Part shown: piece after piece, positions 34,701 to 46,874 of the stretch
Layout: the number at the start of each line of letters is the position of its first letter
How positions within the stretch are numbered: position 1 is the stretch's first letter
Assembly: GCF_046119375.1 (NCBI RefSeq)
Contig: NW_027362797.1
Location: 12,400,001-12,464,000 of the forward strand
Length of the DNA: 64,000 nucleotides
Reading direction: 5' to 3'
Origin: Phyllobates terribilis
Lineage: Eukaryota
Notes under the pieces: model-generated
Databases searched by the model: none
Told to the model about the DNA's origin: nothing
The model's input: only the letters and a program-made list of their open reading frames with translations
Translations under genes and position numbers: made by a program

Positions 34701-37700
34701 CCTCTGTATCAATGCAAGTCGATGACATGAGGGGTGCGAACAGCGGAAGTGAGCGCACAGCTTCTGTACTTTGTGACGCAGCTCATCCAGGCCAGGATAG
34801 TGGCGGAGAAATCGCTGTAACACCAGGTTGAGGATGTGAGCCATGCAAGGCACTTGTGGGAGCTTGCCTCGGCCTTGGGCCACTAACGGGTTCGCACCGT
34901 TATCGCATACGGCCTTCCCTGGCTCTAGGTTCAGTGTAGACAGCCATTGCTCAAACTGAGCCTGGTGAGCTGCCCACAACTCTTCACCTGCATGACTGCG
35001 ATCTCCAAGGTATATTAATTTGAAGACTGCCTGATAACTGTGAGCCCTGATTGCGCAGTATGGAGGTGGCGTGTATTCGCTCTGCACCCTTGGAATGCGT
35101 GTCTCATTAAGGCAGAGGTTGAGTGCACAGGTGGAGGCCCTAGAGGAGGTGGAGGACGCAGAAGCAGTGGAGAAAGTGGGAAATACAGAGGTTTCTTCTA
35201 CAAGATAAGGGGATTACAAGATTTGTGGAGCAGCCCCTTCCCGCCTGCCCCCACAGCCTCCAGAGTCACCCAGTGCCCAGTCAGCGAGATGTAAACACCT
35301 TGGCAATGCTTACTCGTTCAGGTATCTGTGGTGAAATTCACCCTGGCACATGTAGATTTAGAAAAGGAATGGGTTATGTTGTCAGCTTTCTTAGAGAAGT
35401 AATGGTGACTGGGCAACTGGTACTGGGGGACTGTGATGGCCATCAGTTTTCAGAAACCGTCTGTATCTACCAGGCGGAAAGGCAGCATTTCCGTGGCTAA
35501 CAGTTTGGAGATGGTGGAGTTCAACCTCTTAGCTTTGTCATGCGTAGGATGAAACAATCTTTTACATGACCACAATTGCGGGACCGAGGGCTGGCTAAGG
35601 TGCTGAGAGAGGGCGGAGTATGGTGAACCGGAAAAACTGGTGGAGCGTGAGGTGCAGATGTTACGGTGGATTGAGAAACATGCAATGTGCTCGGTGAAAG
35701 AAACACAGCAGGCGTGTCCGTTTCTGTTACAGCTGACGGGCTGTCACTCAGCCTGACTGGAGCGGGTAAAGAACCGGAGGTTCTGCGATGGGAGACCTGC
35801 GTGACAATATTTGGCACGGTAACAGATGAGGAGGAAGAAGCAGTGTATGCGTTTGATGGGGCAGCTGATGGTTGTTGAGGTGCTCTGGCCCGCATTTCAG
35901 CGCGGTAAGATTCCCAGCGTAAAGAATGTTGTTTGAGTATGTGAACGTTCATGCATGTAGTAGTCAAATTATTGCATTTTTCCCTCTACTAAGTTTTTTA
36001 TTGCAAAGATTGCAGATAACGTGAGTTGGCTCATCCTTTGCAGTGACTGCTGACTGCTGGCCACAGCCACGATTGTGGCTAAGGATGCAGTTCTCCTCGA
36101 GTTTGCATCACTCCGTGTCTGCGCTGTACGGTGAAATGTAACCTCCTCGTCTTCCTCCTCCACCTCCTCAGATGAGCTACTCGGCTGCGCGACTTTGGGT
36201 TCACATCAAGTAGGATCTTCAACCTCATCATCATCCAATGTGTTAACCCATTCCTTGCCCTCAGAGTGACCCCTCTCTTCTTGTTGCCCTGACAGCACAG
36301 TACAGTCCGCATAAGCCACAGGTATCTGAGTTTCATTGGGATCACCTCCCTCCCCTATGGTTAACGTCTGGTGATGAGGGTCAGGAACCTGCTCGGACCC
36401 TACTTCGTCCTGCCCCGAATCCAAGTAAAAAAAATTTTGGGCATCGGTGCAGATGCTTTCCTCCCCTTGACTTTGTGACTGTTTGGAGTACACTTCTGAT
36501 GCCCATGGTATAGAATGGGTGAAGAGTTCTACAGAGTCGCCCATCTGTGGTTGGCTACAGTCAGTTGGGCAGTTGGCCAGTTGTGACGCGGGGGGATGCA
36601 TGGGTAATTGGGGTGCCACCTCTATGGACTGTACTGCGTGTGATGTTGAGGTGGAGGAAGATAAGGAGAGGGCACTGGAAGCAGAGCTTGCCATCCACTG
36701 GAGCACCTGCTCTTTCTGAGCCTTATCAACAAGGCGTATCGCTGTGCGGCTGCCAAAGGGAGGGAGTGCAGTAGGCCACCCACTAACATAAGTTGTCAGT
36801 TGTCTTTGGATAGGACCTGTTTGTGTTGGTTCACTAGTGCTTTCACTAACATTATCACGTACCCCACGTACACGTTGAACACTAAGCTTATTCCCCCTTC
36901 CACCACGCCCTCTCTTTTTCACACTCATGTTGGTCAGATACAGTGGTAGGAGCACGCAATTAACTAAAGAAAAATAAGTTTTTTTCTGTGAAATAGCTCA
37001 GCACACATCTGAGTTTCAGCGACACTAAATGACAAGGTAAGATATGGCCTGCCATATAACGTTACTAAACAACAAAGGAGATTTGTTAGTGTGCATGAGG
37101 CCGAAAAAACCTACGAGATATTCTCCAAACAATTTCAAACTGAGATGTCCCCTGCTGTATTACTTTAGGAACAGAAGAAATTTTTTTTGGAATGTGGATG
37201 AGGCCAGTATCACATAGAATATATGCTCCAAAATATTTCAAACTCAGATTTAGCCAGCTGTACCACTTTACTCGGAACAAAAAATACTTTTTGGGTTACT
37301 CTGCATAAGCTCTGCGTCCAGCTGACTTTGACCGCCACTGATGTAGTAGCTTGCTTATAGCTCTGTATGACTTTTGGCACAGGAATATTTTTGGACTGGG
37401 CCTAGTAAGAGAAGTTTTTATTTTTTTACTGTGAAACCAGGACAAGTTCAACGCCACTGAAATAGGATCTGCCTTTTAGTAGACTGGATCAACTTTGCCA
37501 CAATAAAAAAACCTTTGGTGGACTCTGCCTGCCAACCAAAAATATATATAGGTTTGACTCTGCGTACAAGCTGAATTTGACCACCACTGACGAAGTAGCT
37601 GGTTTATAGCACTGTATGACTTTTGGCACAGGAAAAAATATTTTTTGGACTGGGCGTAGCAAGAGAAAAAATGCATTTTTTTACTCTGAAACCAACTGAA

Positions 37701-38581
37701 GTTCAACGCCACTAAAATAGTATCTGCCACTAGAAAAAACTTTAGTGCACACAGCTTTCAATATCACAATAGCAACAGAAAAAAAAACAGATTTAGTGCT
37801 CTGCAATAAGAAGCTCTGCAGACTGTGCAGAGCACAATTTCCACCCCACTAAATGAAAAGGTGCACTCCACTTGCTTCATCACATTAGCAAGCGCAAAAA
37901 AACATTCAAGGTATAGTGAGACATGGAGCTCTATACCAGCGGTGCACAGCACTATTGTATGGCATGGGCCCTCTGTTTCTGTCAGAATCTCAGTACTTGC
38001 ACAAGAACACCAAAAATATGCTGCACCAGCGGTTGCTGAGGTACACAGGCCAGGAATTATCTACACTATCTGACTACCACACAAGCGCCCATCTATCTAG
38101 CTAATATCTCTCATTACACAGGAGAACACTGAGCTGCGTCTGTCTCCAGCAGTGACATGGACATAATGGCGCTGAGGGAACATGGCCGCTTTTTATATTG
38201 AGAGGACATGTAGAAGCCCTTATGTCTGGACAGTGTTGATGCTTCCTGCGCTATGATTGGCTGACCGCGCTTTCCTCAGTTAAAGTTACCGCCTACAGAA
38301 AAAGAAAAAAAACATTGCGCCACTGATCTGACCTGATCTAAGCTCTCCACAGCCCCCACACTCACCTGGCACATGTCACTGCTCATCATACACTTGCACT
38401 ATGCTAACAAAACTGTTCAAAACGCCGTGGTTGCTCTGTATTTGCGGTCCCGCGCAAATTCATCAAACTTTTCCGATTTTAAGAAAAATTGCTTGCCTTT
38501 GCAGTCACAAATCCGAATGTGCCATATTTGTGCCAAATTTGAAACTTTCGAACATTCGCCAAACAAATTTGCTCAACACTA
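31770..38581 (-). mobile_element. hAT (Ac/ZBED-type) DNA transposon, decayed formerly autonomous copy
   Basis: Right TIR tttgctcaacacta ends at 38581. Subterminal tandem arrays at 31770-33330 and 37190-37750, with the transposase pseudogene between them. The left TIR was not found. Confidence 0.8.
33403..36930 (-). pseudogene. hAT transposase pseudogene, near full length with multiple frameshifts and stops
   Basis: N-terminal MSVKKRGRGGRG, BED finger CNLC...TTTCMNVHILKQH (~36030-35930), TTDT*TS catalytic-D region, PCMAHILNL, WWNSTLYMLQRL, and hATC WPELASHALEVLSCPAASVLSEHVFSAAG. Confidence 0.93.
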
Positions 38582-39552
38582 GTCATAAGGGTAAAGGGAA
38601 AAATGAGGAAGAATAGGTCATGCATTCTCAATATTTTCCACTAGAGGACAGTGTTGTTTTACTTCAGTAAAAGGGACATTATTTTAGAAAGTTAAACAAT
38701 ATTAGCACAAAACAGAATTTCCCACTATAAAGCAAGATCTCATTTGGCAGGGTTACCAATAACAGTTCAGTAGCTGGCAATGAAAATGTGAATCCAGTGT
38801 GGTATGAATCTATGTTGTATCGATCCATAATACAGCAGCTCATACTGAGAGGCTGCGTCAAGCGTCTTTTTTTTTTCTCTACGTGAAAAACATGAATACA
38901 GATTTATACAAAATCTGCGAGAAAATTTGCAGCACGTCATATTAGGAAGAAATCGCCCCCTAGAATGAATTCTGTATGGAAACCTCCCCCCGCAGAGTGC
39001 CTATAGCGCTGAGGGTCTGATTTTACACAGAGTATTTTTATCATGTTTTTTTTCTATTGTGCTTTCATTGACATTTTCACAGTTTTCTGCTTAAAACACT
39101 GGACAATTATATAAAACACAACAAAGCAGAATATTACAATGTCTATATACGCAGCTTTTGGGAGGTTTGGGGTCAAAAAGTGACAAAATAAAAACTGCTA
39201 CCAAAATTGGTTGTTAAAAATTGCATTAAACACTTGAAATACAGGGCGTTATAAAACTCTTGAAGGAATTCAATTAGGGAAAATTGGTCATTGGAAAGGC
39301 GGCAAAAACATATTTACAATAAATATTTTCCGTGACTTTGTGATGTATGTAAAAGTCACTAGCCACAATCCAACTAGACTGTTTCTGTCCTCACTCAATA
39401 CACTTGCATTGAGCAAGGTAGAGCCCATCTAGTCAGATTGTGGCCAGGAGTATGCATATCTAAAACTTGTGGTCACATGACCGCCGTTCTATAGGGTCAT
39501 CACACTTTTTTTGCATAAATTTATATTGAGGCCCCTCCTGTAGTATCATCAC

Positions 39553-41115
39553 TGTGGTACATCGCTCACTTAGCTGCACATGGAGGTAGACACAGGTAAG
39601 CTGTCTCTTTAAATCTCTTGTTGGTTTATTAAAATGCGGCATAAACCAACATTGAGTCCATAAAAATAATCACGGCCCTTTGGTCAAAATAGGAAAGCAA
39701 ACAAAGCAAAAGTGGTCATGCAAAACACAGTCCTTGTGTTAGCAGGGGTTCACCTGCCCAGAGTTTAGCAACTCCACATGGTTCTGGTCAGCTCGACACA
39801 ATCATGTCTGGAGTTAGTGACTCGCCCCCTGGGCTGTGGGGCACTCGGATCCGGGCAGTAGGGGAACGATGGGAGTAGTAGTGGCAACCCGGTTCCGTGG
39901 CTCAGGGTGGTCAGGCCAGTGGTAGTCCGTTATGTGCTGTTGATTATGTCCGACTACGCCACCCGTGGATTTGCGGTCATTAGGAACCGCCGCTGCAAGG
40001 CAGACCGCTGGGGCTGATGATGTATGCAGCTGAGATGGTGTGACTCCCCACGGGAAGAGTGCGGCCCCAGGGCAGTGTAGTGGATGTTGGGAGTGATGGT
40101 AGTGAGAGTCCCAGTGCTGATAGTGCTGGAGGAGCAAGGAGCACGCAGACAACAGGTTGCAGTCCAGGGTCTTTACTAGAACAGGTAAATTGACCCACAA
40201 ACAGTCCCAGCTAAGAGGGGACCTGGATGTCTGAGAGCAACAGGGAAATTGGCCCTGGTCAGGGTGAGGGTGTATGCCTACCGTGCTTTCTGTGCTCCTT
40301 CTGGCTATCTCCTCCTTATAGGGTAACAGCCCACGTTTCCGAGCTTTCCGTGTATTCTCGCCTGTATGGCCGGCAACGTGGGTTCCTTTCTGCTCCCAGC
40401 CTTGTACGGCTTTGCTGGTCCCTTCTGTTGTGGCAGGGCCTCCAGGCTTCTTAGGCCAAGGAATATACAGTCCCCTGCGGACTGGTTCTCTGCTGGAGGA
40501 TGTGGAATCCTCCCAGCCTCAGACACCAAAGTCTGGTAAATTAAGTTCGTTATCTGCCAAGACAGGCTCACTTCGCCTCTTGTCTCTGGCTTGTGGCTCT
40601 CCTACTGCCACACTTCCTCTTAGGTGCAATACAACTGTCCCTCTCTGCTCTGGGACCTGAATCCTGAGACAGGTCGTCCAGCTCTCCCTAACCCTGCCCC
40701 CAGCACCAGCTTTTATAGGGGCAGCCAGCTCCCCCTACTGGCCTGAGACAGGAGGTACTGCATGCTAATGTTCCCCTGACTAGAGAACCTCCCCCTTGCT
40801 CTCAGACACAGCTTTATTACATTTTGTGGCATCCAGGCCAGGGTGACACATTAGCATCCCCAGACTTACTGAACTGAATGCCTCAACAGGTCGAACATTT
40901 AAACCCCAGACCACACCCTGGGGTGGAGATATGGTGAACGACCTCCCACCTGCTCTATAGTCGTTCACCAAAAAAAATGGCCCATTTAAATATGGCTGAT
41001 TAATCCTCTCAGCACATAACATGCAGGAGAAGACTTCCAGGTTTCACATCACTGAAACTAATAGGCTCAGTGAAACATATCTCCCCTCCAGCACTCTGCA
41101 AGTGACTTTGTCACA
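39553..41115. mobile_element. Solo LTR (~526 bp net) of a different family, interrupted by a Gypsy solo LTR
   Basis: tgtggtac...ctttgtcaca with 4-bp TSD TCAC (39549-39552 / 41116-41119). Confidence 0.75.
39818..40850 (-). mobile_element. Gypsy solo LTR (1033 bp)
   Basis: tgactcgccccc...ccagggtgacaca with TSD TTAG (39814-39817 / 40851-40854). Its left part is similar to 44851-46170. Confidence 0.92.
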
Positions 41116-42079
41116 TCACATATAGAGTCTCTCCTACAGTGTAATCACATATAGAGCCCCCCATAATATAATAACATATAGAGCCCCCCATATTGTAATC
41201 ACATATAGATGTGTGGCACCCCAGGAGTCCGGTTGCCACAGTGGCATTGGCTCCCTCACAGAGGGTGATGCCATGCCTGGAAGCAAGGAAGGGTCCCCTA
41301 ATCAGGTTTGCCAGCATACAACACTTTCCTGGCTCCAGACCAAAAAGGGGAGCCCCTCCCCTTTACACTGGAATCTGGAGGCGGGGTTAATAAGCGTGAG
41401 TTGAGAGGAGTTGGAGAAAGGAGGACAACGAGGAAGGACTTGGGGAAGGGAGCTGTGAATAAGCTCGCCCCAGAGGGAAGCGCAAGTGGGAGCGACACTT
41501 AAGGAAGGCCCGAGCTGCCTGCCATACAGGTGAGGAAAAAGACGCTTTACTCAGGGACGAGGGCCGCAGCATAGCTTCAAGCAGCAGGGCCAACGAGAAT
41601 AGCGCAGAGGGAAGGCCTACAACTCCACCTGGTGAGGTGGATCCCCAACTTGGTTCCAGGTCGCCCAGACCTCTACTACCAGCTAGTACCCGTGCCCCGG
41701 TCGGCTTAACAAACCACAAGTAAAGATAAGAGGAAACCGCCATTAAGCTGTGGACTGGTCATTATCTGCGCCATCACCTGCATTACACCGCACCAACAAC
41801 ATCTACCTCCACAATTCTACATATACTGCCCTGGAGCTTAGCTCTGCCTGTGGAGAGCTGAACCAACTCTGCTGTGTCACCACCAGCTCCAGTGGATCTG
41901 CACCGCAGTGGTGGCCCTATATAGCCGCATACCACAGGTGGCGTCACGAACATTATCTCCAAAAACTTTATTCACCTTTTACTTTCCCTTTAATTAACCG
42001 GGTCACTGCCACCGTGACATCCCCCAGCATCGACCGGCCCGGATACCGAGTACCCCACGGCCCAGGGGGCGCGTCAACC

Positions 42080-42097
42080 TGGCGTCACGAACAGGAT
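42080..42097 (+). promoter_or_regulatory. Primer-binding site for tRNA-Ser(CGA)
   Basis: TGGCGTCACGAACAGGAT lies 3 nt after the LTR end and equals the complement of the vertebrate tRNA-Ser(CGA) 3' end as recalled. Confidence 0.85.
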
Positions 42098-42298
42098 AAA
42101 CAAAGCCCGGTATAACTGGGTACTGTGTGCTATAGACTTTACTGAACTCTATCATCACGTCATTTGCCGTCAGCCGAGGGGAAGTTGGAGGCCCGATCCG
42201 GAACCACCGGGTAATCGATGCCTCTCGCCGGCAGAGCGGCATACTGGTACGTCAGCAGAAACCCAGGACCTGGCTGAGGTTCACTAGGGGGGAGGAAG

Positions 42299-43287
42299 AT
42301 GCCCAACCTGGGAGAGGATTCAGCAGCAGGCGCAGCCGCCGCCACTGTAAAGCCGTTATCAATGCCATATATACCAGGTGCGGCGTGGTTGCCCTAGTAC
42401 TCAGGGGAGTCGCACACCCTAAGCGAATTTGAGGAGAGACTGCTCAGTTTGTTTCAAGTGTACCCCCTGTCTGAGGAGCAAAAAGTCAGCATCCTCATAG
42501 GCCAGCTAATCGGTGCAGCCCAGAGGGAGGTGAAGTCCAGGCCGGGCAGGGACAAAAGCACTGTTAAGGATATTCTGGCCCTGTTGAAGGAAACCTTTGA
42601 CACCCGCACAGCAGCAGAGATTTAAATGAAGTTCTACGGGTGCAAACAAAGGGTGCAGGACAGTGTACGGGACTATGCTCTAAACCTGCAGGAGCTGCGG
42701 GCCATTAAACAGGTAGACCCCTACAGTGTGCAAGACGAGGACAGATTGCTAACTGAGCAGTTTATCGAGGGGCTCCTGTCTAACGCTCACCGGACACAAC
42801 TGCGCATTATGGCTCTGCAAAACCCTGATCTGGACTTTGCGCAATTTAAAGACAGCAATCCGGGTGCTGCGAGAATCAAAGCCAAGTGGCACTGCACCCC
42901 TCCAGCGCCCAGCTGTAACATACCACCAGGAGGTGGCATCCTTTTCCCCGGCACCTGTGGAGGCTGACACGCAGACCCTAGATAATGACCCCTCTGCAGA
43001 CCTACGCCTTCAGGTCCAGGAGCTGACCAAAAGTATGGCTACACTAACCAAAACCGTGCAGGCCATGCAAGTGTCTCCAAAAGAAAGAATCCAGCTGGCC
43101 TCCAGTCCAGATGACGTCTCGTGGTGACGACAGAGAAGGATTCCACCGACCAGAGGGAGAAACAGCGATCGCTGCGACCAGGACTGACAACCCATCTGCC
43201 GTCGCTGTCAAAAGGCGGGGTACCTCGCAAGATTCTGCGATTTAAACGAGCAACCCCTGGGGCAGAGGGCCAACCCCCAGGAGTAAG
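42299..43287 (+). pseudogene. Gypsy A gag (PNMA-like capsid + zinc knuckle), with stops and frameshifts
   Basis: MPYIPGAAWLP*YSG...EQKVSILIGQLIGAAQREV..., RDYALNLQE, LLTEQFIEGL, and knuckle CRRCQKAGYLARFC ending at TAA near 43286. Confidence 0.85.
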
Positions 43288-44850
43288 ACGACCAGGCCCA
43301 CAGAGCTGGCGAGACAAGTACGTGGGAGGACGACCGGTCCTACCTGGCGTGCTTGTTGGCATCTCGATGAATGCGGTGCTGGACACTGGTTCCCAGGTGA
43401 CAACGATGCCACATATCCTTTATAAATGATACTGGACTGATTCAGACATTACCCGCCGTCCAGATGAACATATTAACATCTATGCCAGCAATGGTCAGCC
43501 CTTGCCTCAGGTGGGGTATAAAGAGGTGACCATAAAGGTTGGCCGAGTAGAATTGCTATCACAAGGGATGATTATTGTTGATATTGATCGCCGAGAAAGC
43601 CATCCTATGATAACCTTAGGCACCAATGTGATAGAGAATTGTCTTGGGGAAATTATTGTTTTGTTGCAACAGGTCGCAGAGTCTGCCAGCTCTGGTCAGC
43701 AGCGAGTTCTGCAAAAGGAGATCAAACCCCTGATGCAGAGACAACAGGTAGAGCTGTCTGGAGGAGAAGTCGGCATTGTCAGAATGAGTGATCCATTTCC
43801 CATTGCAATGCCCCCTAGGAGTGAAATGTTAATATGATGTCGGGTAGCCATAGGTCTCAGGGGTCAAGATTATCAGGTCCTGGTAGAACCCGTGTACTCT
43901 GATAGTAGGCCCACCATCTTGACAGCCAGGGGGTAGTCGATGTCCGCAAGAGGAGAGTACCGATACGCGTCCTGAATTGTGGGAAGAAAGATGTCCATTT
44001 ACCCCGGTATGCTACCCTTGCTAAGTTATTCACTGTCAGTAACAATGCAATAAAGGCAGTGGAACCCTTGCCTCCGTCCGAACAGGCGGAAGACAATGGC
44101 CCCAAGGGTCAGATGGAGGATTGGTGTCAGAAGCTACAAGTAGGCACTGACTCAACCCCTTTGCACCAAAAGCATGGAGTATACCTGGTAGTCCAAGAAT
44201 ATGAGCGAGTCTTTAGCAAACACCCACTAGACTTTGAGCAGGTAAAAGGGGTCCAACATCATATCCCCACAGGAGATCATCCCCCCATTAAAGAGAGGTA
44301 CCGGCCTGTACCACCAGCTCACTATCAATGTGCCAAAGGACTGTTACAGGAGATGAAGGAGGCTGGGGTAATCAGAGATAGTTGTAGCCCCTGGGCAGCT
44401 CCATCAGTCCTCGTTAGAAAGAAAGATGGTACAATGAGGATGTGTGTTGATTACAGGCAGATTAACCGCATTACACATAAGGACGCCTACCCATTATCCA
44501 GAATTGAGGAATCATTAGCTGCACTGAGATCTGCTATCTATTTCTCCACTTTAGATCTCACCAGTGGGTATTGGCAGGTTTCTGTGGCAGAGGCGGACAG
44601 AGACAAGACCGCGTTTACGACACCAATGGGCCTCTGCGAGTTCAACTGCATGCCATTGGGGCTCTGCAATGCCCTGGGAACTTTCCAGCGGTTAATGGAG
44701 TGTTGCCTAGGACACAAAAACTTCGAAACCATTCTGCTGTATTTAGATGACGTAATCGTCTACTCAAAGACGTACGAAGATCACCTGGAGCACCTGGCCA
44801 AAGTGTTCGAAGCCCTATCTGGTTATGGCATGGAAGTAAAGCCGTGCAAG

Positions 44851-46170
44851 TGACTCGCCCCCTGGGCCGTGGGGCACTCGGAGCCGGGCAATCGGGAAAC
44901 GATGGGGGTAGTAGTGGCGACCCGGTTCCGTGGCTCAGGGTGGTCAGACCAGTGGTAATCCCTTTATAAGTTTTAAGCGATGTCCGACTACGCCACCCGT
45001 GGATTGCGGTTATTAGGAACCGCCGCTGCAAGGCAGACCACTGGGGCTGATGATGTATGGAGCTGGGACAGTGTGACTCCCCACGGGAAGAGTGCGGCCC
45101 CAGGGCAGTGTAGTGAATGGTGGGAATGATGGTGGTGAGAGTCCCAGTACCGGTAGTGCTGGAGGCGCGAAGGAGCACACAAACAACAAGTTACAGTCCA
45201 GGGTCTTTACTCACAGTTCATTTGTTCCGGGTCACTTCTGTCAGCAGTGACCGCTCGAGCCGTGCTGCGTCCACCAGGTGTGGGGCTCGGTCAACTCCCA
45301 GGCAGCTCAGAGGTATGGCTCAGGACCCCCTTCAATCCTTCCTCTAGCCTGCCTCACCAGTGACCCACTTTTGTCCATCTGCCGCGGATCTGCGCGGGTA
45401 AACGTGGGCCCCGTTCCCCGCTGTCCTTCATGGTGCCTTCCTAGCAGGTTTGAAGAGGTGCTGCACCAATAAATGGTCACAGCCTCCAGTCTTTGGCTGA
45501 GAGTTGTTTCACCTCCACCAACTTGGGATCCGGTACCCTTAATCTGCCTGACCCTTCACCCGGTATTCTCGTGGGTTCTTAGGGTCCCTTCCACCTTCTT
45601 GTTCCTGAGCCCCTCTGTTCCTCTGTCTCTTCTTCTCCTCTTTTCTGCTCCTCCTTCTTCTCCTTTCCCGTGGAGCTGGGCTGAGAAGGAACCACAGCTC
45701 CCCTTCACCTCCTCTCTCTCTCCACTCTACTCCTCGGCCTTTCTCTAGGCCCACTCTGGAGTAGAGCTCCTACAGAGCCTCTACTCCCTGTCTTCTCCTC
45801 AGTCTGCACAGACTGACTGAACTCCACCCAGAGCTAAGATGGTGCCCACTTTTTATACCTCCCTATAGCCATGAGCCCAGGTGACCAGCAACCAATGGGC
45901 TCCTATCTACGCTCAGGAACCAACCCCTATCTGCTCCTACATCACTGGGTTTTCCTCCCCCCTCCCCACTCCAGCCAGGGACATGGTCTGTCGTACCTTC
46001 ATTTCTGTCTAATGGTAGTACCGTTGAGCTCTCCCTCGGAAATGGGGTGAGTGTGCTGTATGCAGCTAACTGAGCCCTGGTCCATACTCCATCCTTACCC
46101 GGGAGTGGAATACCACACCTCTGGCAGAGGTGCAATACCCCTGTAGCGGCCAAGCCCTCGGGGCGCTACA
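44851..46170 (-). mobile_element. Gypsy solo LTR (1320 bp) inserted in the RT of Gypsy A
   Basis: tgactcgcccc...ggggcgctaca with TSD CAAG (44847-44850 / 46171-46174), splitting KPCK|CHLLKPK. Confidence 0.93.
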
Positions 46171-46874
46171 CAAGTGCCACCTGTTGAAGCCCAAGGTGCA
46201 GTACCTAGGTCATGTGGTAAGCGCCGAAGGTGTAGTACCAGACCCTGAAAAAGTCACCGTGATCAAGGTCTGGCCAAGACCCTCCACTATCAAAGAAGTG
46301 CGGCAGTTCCTCAGGCTAGTAGGCTACTACAGGAGATTCATCAAGGGTTTCACCAAGATAGCAGCAACCATGCAGGACCTCTTAGTGGGCCAGTCAAAGA
46401 GGGCCAAGATCCCGAATCCTCCGTTCAAATGGGGTAAACCAGAAGACGAATCCTTCACTCGACTGAAAGTGGCTCTTACGGGAGACGAAGTCCTGGCCTA
46501 ACCCGACTATGGCCAACCCTTTATACTCCATATGGATGCCAGCAACGTAGGATTGGGAGCGGTGCTGTCCCAGGTACAGCAGGGCAGAGAGAGAGTGATT
46601 GCCTATGCAAGCAGGAAGCTCCGTCCCACGGAAAGGAACCCCGACAACTATAGTTCCTTTAAGTTGGAGTTTTTAGCCACAATCTGGGCTGTAACAGAGC
46701 GCTTCAAACACTACCTCGCCTCCTCCAGATTTACAGTCTTCACAGATAACAACCCGCTGACGCACCTGGAGACTGCAAAGCCTGGTGCCGTAGAACAACG
46801 ATGGATGGCTCGACTGTCCAACTACGAGTTTACCATCAAGTATCGGGCAGGGCATAAAAACGCTAATGCTGATG

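Noticed and set aside
33403-36955. Possible domesticated ZBED-type host gene
   Set aside because: Multiple frameshifts and stops, including in the catalytic DTWTS region, and it still sits within a TIR and subterminal repeats.
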